A program made the position numbers and the translations under genes. A DNA stretch of 64,000 nt, taken from positions 26,308 through 90,307 of the forward strand of contig CANRFV010000004.1 in assembly GCA_947629985.1 (NCBI GenBank). Direction: 5' to 3'. Numbering within the stretch: position 1 is the first letter of the stretch; every line of letters begins with the position of its first letter. The stretch comes from an uncultured Clostridia bacterium (lineage in GTDB: Bacteria; Bacillota; Clostridia; Christensenellales; CAG-314). The notes under the pieces were generated by a model. It saw only the letters and a program-made list of their open reading frames with translations. It made no database searches and was not told the DNA's origin. Of this stretch, positions 27,678 to 35,413 are shown piece after piece.

Positions 27678-29267
27678 CTATGCTATAAAATAATCTTGCA
27701 ATATTTTTTTGATATAGTAATATCGGCGTGCGTAAGAATTGTCAACTCTAATCAATTGAAATCCATATTGTTGACATAACTGCTGCTTTTTTACATCTCG
27801 TTCTTTTATTATGCTATCTTCAAAATGCTCTTTGCCGTCAAGTTCTATTGCCAAAATGGGCTGATTGTTAGATTTGTCGAATACCACAAAATCGAATGTA
27901 TCGGCAAAAAATAGCCCCGCTTTTTGGTCGGCGTCGTTAATAATTTGTTCGATAGGCACATTTGTCTTTGTTACATATTTTTTGTTTGTAGACTGAATAA
28001 CGCTCATTGCATGATTCAAACTTTCAAAAAACGCGGCTTCCGTATCGGCATTATATGGTTTTATGCCGAATGCTCTGGACTTAACTTGTTTGCTTGTTAC
28101 TTGCGATGTTCCATTGGATTGTATATATTGGATCAATTCGTACAAGTCGTCGTCTCCATCGGCACAGTGCAATCGCTCCAATTCTGTCAAACTTGCCAAT
28201 ACGATAAGTTGGTCTTTGGCGCGTGAAACAGCAACGTTTATTAGTTCTTTATTGTTTTTAAGCCAATCGTAAGTGCTTTGGCGAGTGGATTTTGTAAGCG
28301 CCAAGGAAAACATAATTACATTCTTTTCGTCCCCTTGAAACGCGTGTACGGTACCGCACGCAACATCATTGATTCCGTTAGCAACCAGCGCATCGTTGAT
28401 TAATTTTCGTTGATTTACAAATGGCGTAATAATTCCGATTTTTTTATCTCGGTTGAGCAAAATATATTTTAAAATTTGTTCGCACTCATTTGGTGCGGTA
28501 TTTTTTACTTCTGTTTCGTTGTCAAGTATATCCCAAATTTGCAGGGGATTAGGTTCGCAACTGTTGCTTCGTACTTTGAGTTTGCCGTTGTAATACTTTT
28601 TGTTGCTGAACTGAATAATTTTTTCGTTGGAGCGGTAGTGATAACTAAGTAAAACTTCTTCACTGCAACTATCGCAAGCCAGATATACATCATATATAGA
28701 TTTGTCTATGTAATCATATTCTTCGGCAACGTTGTACTTTTGGCGTAACAAGATATTTTTTTTCTTGTCCAACAAAATAACAGGTTTAAGTTGTTGCGGA
28801 TCGCCAACCAACATCAAAGAATTACCCCTTATGACAGAAAAAAGGGATACTGCGGAATTGCATTGGCTTGCTTCGTCCATTACCACCAAGTCAAAATACT
28901 GTTTTGGTTCTCCCAGTCTATACGACGAAATACACGTAGTTACAACAATTGGAAAAACTTTCAAAAACAGTTGAAAACTTTCATCGTTTCCTATATAATC
29001 ATTAAACGCTCTCCGCCGCGCTTGTTTGTCATCGATGTCCAAAATGTCATTCAACTCTTTGTATTCGGGATTATCCAATTGTTTAATTTGTTTTGCCGAA
29101 GTGTAGTACAAAAACTTTTGAAAAACATCCGAATCATCTTTCAGCAAATTAAGGGCTTCTTCGTTTGAAATTTCGCCGATTTCGTTTATGCGCTTGGTTA
29201 TTTTAGATATTTGGCGAGCCTGCAACTGTACCTTAAATGTCAAAAGTCCGGCATCTGCATTTTCCAA
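27678..29267 (-). CDS. SF1 (DNA2/Upf1-like) helicase C-terminal part fused to a PD-(D/E)xK (DUF2726/REase-like) nuclease domain
   Basis: VVMDEASQC (motif II), LVGDPQQLKPV (III), GTVHAFQGDEKNVIMFSL (V), NVAVSRAKDQLIV (VI). The C-terminus ..FDFVVFDKSNNQPILAIELDGKEHFED..ERDVKKQQLCQQYGFQLIRV is the endonuclease-like fold signature. There is no Walker A in this ORF. Confidence 0.8.
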   Translation of the reverse strand: MENADAGLLTFKVQLQARQISKITKRINEIGEISNEEALNLLKDDSDVFQKFLYYTSAKQIKQLDNPEYKELNDILDIDDKQARRRAFNDYIGNDESFQLFLKVFPIVVTTCISSYRLGEPKQYFDLVVMDEASQCNSAVSLFSVIRGNSLMLVGDPQQLKPVILLDKKKNILLRQKYNVAEEYDYIDKSIYDVYLACDSCSEEVLLSYHYRSNEKIIQFSNKKYYNGKLKVRSNSCEPNPLQIWDILDNETEVKNTAPNECEQILKYILLNRDKKIGIITPFVNQRKLINDALVANGINDVACGTVHAFQGDEKNVIMFSLALTKSTRQSTYDWLKNNKELINVAVSRAKDQLIVLASLTELERLHCADGDDDLYELIQYIQSNGTSQVTSKQVKSRAFGIKPYNADTEAAFFESLNHAMSVIQSTNKKYVTKTNVPIEQIINDADQKAGLFFADTFDFVVFDKSNNQPILAIELDGKEHFEDSIIKERDVKKQQLCQQYGFQLIRVDNSYARRYYYIKKILQDYFIA

Positions 29268-30340
29268 AAGGTCTTCTGCGGTTCCTTGCGTTCCTTTAAC
29301 TCAACAATTTCCATATATTTCTTTAACAATGTGGTAAGTTGCGTCATGCGCTCAACTTTTTCTTCACGGTATTTGTCTAAGGTTGACTCAAATATATTGA
29401 TATCTTTAACTTGTTCTCGCAAATGTTTTATATATTCAATTGCCAAATCAATCTTGTCGTTATTACCCAAACGTATTATGGGAAAAGGAATTATTTGATC
29501 GCGATATTTGAGACTTTTGAGAGATTCGGCAACGGTATCTATAGGGTGATTGTTGTATGATGAAAACAAAACCGTCTTTTTGTTAAAAAATGCGGTAACC
29601 AACGTGTTGATTATTGTCTTTGTTTTTCCCGTCCCGGGAGGCCCCTGTACATACGAAAGCGGACTGACAAATGCATTGTCAATTGCCAATATTTGATCGA
29701 GATTTATTTGATTGTTTACCAATGTAATGGGGTAATGCGCACCTCTTATTGGCGATACCAACTCTCCGAAAAAGGCTCTGATGGGTACAGGTATGGTGCC
29801 GTTTTCATACATATTTACAATGGACGAATATTCGCTTTCCAAGTTGACGGTAATATCCGATGCCAAAGCATAAATATACGGTAAATCGTCCACTTGTATT
29901 TTGTGGGCATGTTTAGAATAAATTTTGTCTTTTATTGCTTCTAAATTATTGGCGAAATTATCTAATAACGGCAAGTCGGTCTCGTCCAAATAATAAGTAA
30001 TATTGCAAACTTCCTGATTAACGTTAAATTCGTAACACAAAGACACATCGTCTTCTGCGCGCAGCGTACGTTTTATAGGGTTTAAGTATAGACGTTTGTA
30101 GGCCAGAACATACAAGCGATCTTTCTTATCTCTTATACTCAAAACATTCAGACCAAGTTGTTTCAGTTTCAATTTGTTTTGCTCCGACTTGCTATTTTGT
30201 TGAAAGTCTTTAACGATCGCATCAAATTGATTGTCGGAAAGGTGATACTCTCCGTTTATAAAGCAATCGTTGTCAAATTTTTCCAACAATTTGTAATCGA
30301 CGCAATATGGAACAGAATCCATCTTAAAGCAGTCCGCCAA
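29240..30340 (-). CDS. SF1 helicase N-terminal part (Walker A) - probably the same gene as 27678-29267, split by a frameshift
   Basis: ..YVQGPPGTGKTKTIINTLV.. (motif I) near the C-terminus. It overlaps the next ORF by 28 nt in another frame. The downstream frame is open only from ~29300, so the shift must lie within 29240-29300. Confidence 0.75.
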   Translation of the reverse strand: MADCFKMDSVPYCVDYKLLEKFDNDCFINGEYHLSDNQFDAIVKDFQQNSKSEQNKLKLKQLGLNVLSIRDKKDRLYVLAYKRLYLNPIKRTLRAEDDVSLCYEFNVNQEVCNITYYLDETDLPLLDNFANNLEAIKDKIYSKHAHKIQVDDLPYIYALASDITVNLESEYSSIVNMYENGTIPVPIRAFFGELVSPIRGAHYPITLVNNQINLDQILAIDNAFVSPLSYVQGPPGTGKTKTIINTLVTAFFNKKTVLFSSYNNHPIDTVAESLKSLKYRDQIIPFPIIRLGNNDKIDLAIEYIKHLREQVKDINIFESTLDKYREEKVERMTQLTTLLKKYMEIVELKERKEPQKTFWKMQMPDF

Positions 30341-30405
30341 ATAATTTAAGATTTTAAGATTGGGTATGTGTGAAAATAGTTTTTGGTATTTTACGCGATT
30401 TAGAT

Positions 30406-30675
30406 TTATTTCTCGTAAAGTTTTTCGTTTATAGGGTAATAAGTCCCATCTAAAACAACACTGCTAATAATGGATTTTATGTAAATTGTTTCAAACCTTG
30501 TAATTGTATGTTGCACCAAATGGAACCCTTCTACCGTGAGAGATTCCTTTTCGATATCGATATCAATTATGCCAATCCAATATTTGGTCTTTTTGTTTTC
30601 TTGATTTTGATATTCTATTTGTAGCCACTTACCCTCATGTATGGCGGTAAAAATATCTTTGCATATATTATTCAT
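30406..30675 (-). CDS. Small WYL-like (SH3 beta-barrel) domain protein
   Basis: 89 aa. The pattern ..WLQIEYQNQENKKTKYWIGIIDIDIEKESLTVEGFHLVQHTITRFETIYIKSI.. resembles a WYL domain. It is the first gene of the helicase operon. Confidence 0.45.
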   Translation of the reverse strand: MNNICKDIFTAIHEGKWLQIEYQNQENKKTKYWIGIIDIDIEKESLTVEGFHLVQHTITRFETIYIKSIISSVVLDGTYYPINEKLYEK

Positions 30676-30808
30676 AAAATCTACATTATTTCCATTAAAT
30701 TTTGATTAAATTATATCACAAAGCATTTTTAACCGCAAGGTGTTGTTTGTATGACAGTCGATTATATTGTAATTTAACAACGTTACTTGCCGATTGGGAC
30801 GCAATTTA

Positions 30809-31086
30809 ATAAAGAGCGGCAAATAAGCCGTGGTTAGTACAGGGTTCGACCCACATAGCGGGGTGGAGTGGCGCGTACAGAGCGAACAGAGCGCCACATT
30901 GGCGCCGCACTTCCTTGTCAACCCCAACCGCAAACAATTTCGAAATACACAAAACCCGTGCTGCCGTCCTTGTCTGCGTCTCATGCCACCCAGGCGAATA
31001 TCCATTCGCACGGGGACTCGCTCTTCCCCAAAAGTTTTGTTACGCTCAACTTTTACAGGTTTTCGTATTCAATCTCCCGAACCCGC
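30809..31086 (-). ncRNA. Candidate structured RNA, copy B (same family as 27228-27538)
   Basis: 278 nt. 30915-31086 is 172/172 identical to 27367-27538. The remainder is diverged but with compensatory stem changes. The same 3' hairpin-plus-T tract is present on the minus strand. It lies directly upstream (minus sense) of the WYL-helicase operon. Confidence 0.4.
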
Positions 31087-31164
31087 CCGCGCTTGAATGG
31101 CAAGTAAAAGGAGCGGTATGTAACTTCGCTCGCCCTTCCATATTTTTTTTGGGGGGGGCAGTTA

Positions 31165-31692
31165 TCACTTTTTGGGGTGGCGTGATTTCAGATATGCAAG
31201 AGTGTTGGGAATATTTTGTTTGACAACAATCAAATCTTCCTCCAAAATTCCAACCGGGTTTTCTGTCGTTACGTCAATTCCGTCTATGTTTTGCGTTTCT
31301 CCGTCGAACATGACCAATCTGAAACCGTTGCGTTTGCCAAGATTTACCCAACCGCGATCACCCCTTTTTACGCCTGCGGCAAGATACTCTGCTCTGTCTT
31401 TGGTTAACTCCACGATATCGTATTCTTGCATTGGTCGCACTTTGCCCTCGTACATATCCGTATCGTCGAATTCAAAAGGTTTTACGATTTGCAAATTTTG
31501 CGGCTGAACTCTGACGATATCATGTTTGTAATCATCGCCGAAAGGTGTGTGTGTTAGTGTTTCGTGAAAAAACACAATCATATCGCCCGTTTCTTCAACA
31601 TCAAAAATAAACCCCTCTTCGCCAATGGCAATATTCTTTTCAACGCACATTTCGTTTTGTTTTATCAATTTTACTATGTCGTATCGTTTCAT
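31165..31692 (-). CDS. Hypothetical protein with two tandem small beta-barrel-like halves
   Basis: 175 aa. Internal duplication of YDIV(K/E)L..(E/D)..G..G-type segments (MKRYDIVKLIKQ.. / ..EYDIVELTKDRAEYLAAGVKRGDRGWV). ATGA coupling to the upstream ORF. Confidence 0.55.
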   Translation of the reverse strand: MKRYDIVKLIKQNEMCVEKNIAIGEEGFIFDVEETGDMIVFFHETLTHTPFGDDYKHDIVRVQPQNLQIVKPFEFDDTDMYEGKVRPMQEYDIVELTKDRAEYLAAGVKRGDRGWVNLGKRNGFRLVMFDGETQNIDGIDVTTENPVGILEEDLIVVKQNIPNTLAYLKSRHPKK

Positions 31693-31919
31693 TGTTTTGC
31701 ATATCCTCCAAATGGCGTAGTCAACTGAATTTTGCCGTTGGGAAATATCATCCAGCCGACAACAATGGCAATGTACTTCCCTGTGTTTTTATCGAGTAAA
31801 TTAGTTGTTACGTTTATTTGCTGTCCGTATTCATTTTGTTTGTAAAGCACATAGTTGCCGCTTTTATACGCCGCTTGCGCTTGTTTTTGGGCGGCTGTTA
31901 GATGTAAGTAGCGCACCAA
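31689..31919 (-). CDS. Small hypothetical protein
   Basis: 76-aa ORF with a TTG/GTG start and no clear RBS. It is wedged between two coupled genes. Weak call. Confidence 0.35.
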   Translation of the reverse strand: MVRYLHLTAAQKQAQAAYKSGNYVLYKQNEYGQQINVTTNLLDKNTGKYIAIVVGWMIFPNGKIQLTTPFGGYAKQ

Positions 31920-31931
31920 AGGAGTGAAATG

Positions 31932-32393
31932 TCAACGAGTTATCTTGTCTGAAAACAAATTTTCAAACTCTTCAATAGTCCCTTTTGTAAGTAAACTCTT
32001 TTGACAAACAAATTTAGGACATCTATATGCCGAGTAGAATTTAATATAATACCCTTCCCCAAAATCAATCACGGTTTCCACCTGATCCAATTTTCTGCTA
32101 AAACTAAATTTTTCGTTTTCGCTAACAAGGATATCTTCTTCTATATAAACTCTTTGGGGTAGTATCAAGTGGTAGGTACTTTTGCCCGGCTTGGCAAATA
32201 TGGATATGACTACAAAAATAACGGGAAAAGCCAAACCAATAAAATATACCGTATCATAAATAACAGCGACAACAACTATGGCTATTGCCGCCAAAACGGA
32301 GACTATGCTGGCAGCAACGAGACCACGGTTTCTTTCTTGGTTTAATATGTAGTTCAATGTTTGTCCGGAAATTTCTCCTGAAAATTCTATCAT
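31932..32393 (-). CDS. Membrane protein with two TM helices and a bPH/YcxB-like C-terminal part
   Basis: Start moved to ATG 32393 (MIEFSGEISG) after GGGGTGG. Two adjacent TM helices, then a soluble beta-rich tail. Confidence 0.55.
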   Translation of the reverse strand: MIEFSGEISGQTLNYILNQERNRGLVAASIVSVLAAIAIVVVAVIYDTVYFIGLAFPVIFVVISIFAKPGKSTYHLILPQRVYIEEDILVSENEKFSFSRKLDQVETVIDFGEGYYIKFYSAYRCPKFVCQKSLLTKGTIEEFENLFSDKITR

Positions 32394-32800
32394 ATTGCCA
32401 CCCCATATTGCAATTTTGTATTTGCAGGATGTTTTGGTGCGTGTTGCACACAAGGCAAGTCGACATGCAAATAGTCGCTTTAATATCGTCTGCGCCTAAG
32501 CCGTAATGTGCTTGGCATTGCAATGGTATTATAGTGTATTGTTTGAAAAATGTCAAGCAAGATTCTTTTTCCGGAAAAATCCGGATCGCATAATATTATA
32601 CCATCTGTCTGTTTTTACCGCAACGTTGCTTAAAATTGCAACAATAAAAACACGCGCTTGTTTAACTTATATCAATTTTAATTTCCAACGCAATTATGTC
32701 GCGCAAGCGTAGCCATTTGTAAAATACCGATACGCATCTTTGTGCTAAAAGCGTTAAAATTCAATTGACTAATGGTGCAACAAAATAAAGGAGAAATACA

Positions 32801-33712
32801 ATGAAGTACAAAGAATGGTTGGAAATCTGGTTGAATAACTATGTAAAAATTACCTGTAAAGCACGCACAAGCGATATCTACCGTTATCGGATAGAACACT
32901 GTATTGCGCCGCATTTGGGCGAGTATGAATTGCGCGATTTGACATTGCCGACATTGCAACAGTTTGTTGCCAACCTACTGTTCAATCCAAGCAGCGGCAA
33001 ATCACTGTCGGCAAATACGGTAAACGGCGTAATTTCCATTGTGCAGAATTCTCTCAAAATCGCGCTATCGCTGGGGTATGTAGGCGCTTGCGACGCCAAT
33101 AAAATTTGTCGACCGAGAACAGTCGAAAAGAGAGTGGAATGTTTTTCGTTATTGGAACAAAAGCAAATAGAAATGCAAGTAAAAAACAGCAAAAAACTCA
33201 AACTCTACGGAATTGTAATTTGTATGTACACAGGTCTGCGTTTGGGCGAGTTGCTTGCTTTGGAGTGGAAAAATGTAGATTTGAACGCTTGTCAACTTAC
33301 GGTTGAAAAGACTTGTTACTACGTCAACGGACAACGCGTTGAAGACTCGCCCAAAACAAAAAACTCTTGGCGCGTAATTCCTTTTCCCAAACAATTGTTG
33401 CCGTTGTTCCAGGAAATGTATAAAGCGCATAAAACCGAGTATGTGGTCGAAGCGAACGGAAATCCCGTTTCGGTACATTCTTATCAGCGTAGTTTTGAGT
33501 TGCTGTTAAAAAAACTCCAAATTCCGCACAAAGGCTTTCATTCTTTGCGACATACATTTGCAACACGAGCATTGGAGTGCGGAATGGACGTAAAAACGCT
33601 TGCGGAGATATTGGGACACGCCAACCCGACCGTAACACTAAAACGTTATGCGCACAGTATGCAGGAATACAAGATTCAGATGATGAACAAACTTGGCAAA
33701 TTGTTGACTTAA
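32801..33712 (+). CDS. Tyrosine recombinase / phage-type integrase
   Basis: 303 aa. N-terminal SAM-like core-binding domain. The C-terminal catalytic region ..GLRLGELLALEW.. and ..HSLRHTFATRALECGMDVKTLAEILGHANPTVTLKRYAH.. carries the R..H-x-x-R..H..Y signature. Confidence 0.9.
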   Translation: MKYKEWLEIWLNNYVKITCKARTSDIYRYRIEHCIAPHLGEYELRDLTLPTLQQFVANLLFNPSSGKSLSANTVNGVISIVQNSLKIALSLGYVGACDANKICRPRTVEKRVECFSLLEQKQIEMQVKNSKKLKLYGIVICMYTGLRLGELLALEWKNVDLNACQLTVEKTCYYVNGQRVEDSPKTKNSWRVIPFPKQLLPLFQEMYKAHKTEYVVEANGNPVSVHSYQRSFELLLKKLQIPHKGFHSLRHTFATRALECGMDVKTLAEILGHANPTVTLKRYAHSMQEYKIQMMNKLGKLLT

Positions 33713-33720
33713 AACGAAAA

Positions 33721-33737
33721 AGACTCGTCGGCCGAGT
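33721..33737 (+). terminator. Hairpin after the integrase gene
   Basis: GACTCG-tcggc-CGAGTC preceded by an A-run; the T-tract is weak. Confidence 0.45.
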
Positions 33738-33754
33738 CTCGTCAAAATTGGAAT

Positions 33755-33915
33755 GTATTAGCATAATAGATGTACAAAATCCGGACTTTTTAAGTTTTAA
33801 TTGCTCTTTTATTTAATACAAAATTCGACAAAAAAACAAAATCGAAGCGAAAACTATTTACATTTCAAAATCAAAGCTATATAATATTTTTATATTGTAC
33901 ATCTATTATGCTAAT
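33755..33915. repeat. 21-bp perfect inverted repeat pair bracketing the operon promoter
   Basis: attagcataatagatgtacaa (33755-33775) and its exact reverse complement ttgtacatctattatgctaat (33895-33915). Confidence 0.9.
33857..33885 (+). promoter_or_regulatory. Sigma-A-type promoter of the 12.8-kb operon
   Basis: TTTACA, 17-nt spacer, TATAAT (33880-33885). The right IR arm starts about 10 nt downstream of the -10 box. Confidence 0.55.
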
Positions 33916-34151
33916 AGATGCTCAAAACGCTTCCCGCAATTTATATTCAAAAACACAAACAGATGCGCTATTTGTAACGGGAAATTTGACAAAATTTTGG
34001 CACAAAAATTGTAGAATGTTATTTGAAAAAAGAGAGATATTTTTACAAATTTTCAACATCGCGCTAATTGCGCAGACCTTCGGTCAGCCGTATCGGGTTG
34101 TTTCCCGTTCGGGACAAATACAATAAACAAAATAAGTAAGGAGAAATATTA

Positions 34152-34763
34152 ATGGCAGAAAAAATTATTCGATCACACCGTGAAAGGGTCAAAGCGGCAA
34201 AATCCTTGATCGCTTCTAATCCGTACTATCGTGCCGAACGCATTACAATTGTAGACAGGGAAGCGCTCGTGGAGTTTCTTCTTCTCGAGGACATTAAACG
34301 GCTATATGCGATGCGTCTGAAAAGAGAACAAAATCGTGTTATAATCGGTCCTATAGATCAAAGAGCCAAAGACAAGAACATAGAAAAGTTTTCTTGTATT
34401 ATCGATGTGTTTAACGCAGCAATCGGAGCCGCGGTCTCGGCAATAAACTCAGGAGACTACAAGCGTGTTTGGAAGGCGATTCCCGAAGGTGCATTAATGG
34501 CAGCGGCTAACAGCGTCAAAAATCTTCCCATACTTCGTGCTTTGGCAGTGGAAATGCTTCGCGATTTGTACAAAGATGCACAGGATGCTTCCAATATCAG
34601 TCATGGTTTGCTTGACGACATAAAAGAGTTGGACGAACACGATGTAAATGCTCGTAATTATTACAACATTCCGCTCACGCCGGAATCAATTGAAAATGTA
34701 ATCAGTGCTGTAGAAGCCGCAATACCCGACAAAAAAAGCACCAAAGCAACACCTAATACTTAA
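34152..34763 (+). CDS. Hypothetical alpha-helical protein (first gene of the operon)
   Basis: 203 aa, strong RBS (TAAGGAG). I recognise no family. Confidence 0.65.
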   Translation: MAEKIIRSHRERVKAAKSLIASNPYYRAERITIVDREALVEFLLLEDIKRLYAMRLKREQNRVIIGPIDQRAKDKNIEKFSCIIDVFNAAIGAAVSAINSGDYKRVWKAIPEGALMAAANSVKNLPILRALAVEMLRDLYKDAQDASNISHGLLDDIKELDEHDVNARNYYNIPLTPESIENVISAVEAAIPDKKSTKATPNT

Positions 34764-34784
34764 AATTACAAGGAGAAAATTATT

Positions 34785-35405
34785 ATGGCAAAAAAACAAA
34801 CAAATGATCAAAAGATTATTGCAGCATTGGACGCTCTCGACAAATCCGTTCGCAATCTTCAACAGTTTGGCGCCAAGTACGATGCTTATATCGACGAAGC
34901 GGCATTGCGGAACGATGACGCAAGGGCGAAGCAATTGATCAAACAAAAGATTCGCGTATATGCGCTTATCGAACAACTCAAAACGCTCAAGAGCAACATC
35001 GAACTCGGCGCATACACTGCGCAAGCAATTTCGGAACTCGGCAAACTCCCCGCGGCTATTGCGGGCTGTAAGGGGCTTCTTGCGGAATCTCCCGACTTTG
35101 CAAAACTCGGCAAGAGTATTTCGTCAATTTTCCAAGACATAAATCAATCCGAACAAGAACTTGCAAAATTGAACGATATCCTTAATCCCAAGCCCGTCGA
35201 AACTATTTCCAGCCGTTTGGACGGAACTTCGGCAGACGAAACCGAAAATACCGATCAATTCAAGGCCGAATACGCGGCAATGATAGAGCGAATCAAGGAC
35301 AAAATTGCTCCGGAGTCGGTATCTAAGCCGGGCGGATTGGACGTGTCCGCAACAGGAGACATCGATTATGCCGGCATAGTTGCCGAAGAGAACAAAAGGA
35401 AGTAG
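34785..35405 (+). CDS. Helical protein, candidate ESCRT-III/Snf7-like (PspA/Vipp1 superfamily)
   Basis: 206 aa. Long amphipathic helices (..AKQLIKQKIRVYALIEQLKTLKSNIELGAYTAQAISELGKLPAAIAGCKGLL..DFAKLGKSISSIFQDINQSEQELAKLNDIL..), a basic N-terminal half and an acidic C-terminal tail. It sits immediately upstream of a Vps4-like AAA+ gene. The fold assignment is by eye only. Confidence 0.45.
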   Translation: MAKKQTNDQKIIAALDALDKSVRNLQQFGAKYDAYIDEAALRNDDARAKQLIKQKIRVYALIEQLKTLKSNIELGAYTAQAISELGKLPAAIAGCKGLLAESPDFAKLGKSISSIFQDINQSEQELAKLNDILNPKPVETISSRLDGTSADETENTDQFKAEYAAMIERIKDKIAPESVSKPGGLDVSATGDIDYAGIVAEENKRK

Positions 35406-35413
35406 GTTAGTTT

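Noticed and set aside
27228-31086. I considered whether the repeated element is tmRNA, a T-box leader, a c-di-AMP (ydaO) riboswitch, RNase P/SRP/6S RNA or a group II intron fragment.
   Set aside because: tmRNA: GGGTTCGAC-like strings exist, but there is no GGGG...CCCC-ACCA acceptor, no T-arm and no tag ORF ending in a stop with an ALAA-type tail. T-box: no AGGGTGGTACCGCG box, and no downstream gene in the sense orientation for copy A. ydaO: only CCCGAACCCG and ACGGGGA-like words match, on the strand that has no downstream gene. Other RNAs: no GAGGAAAGUCC (RNase P), no SRP domain IV, no GUGYG/domain V. All comparisons were made from memory, so an Rfam scan is still needed.
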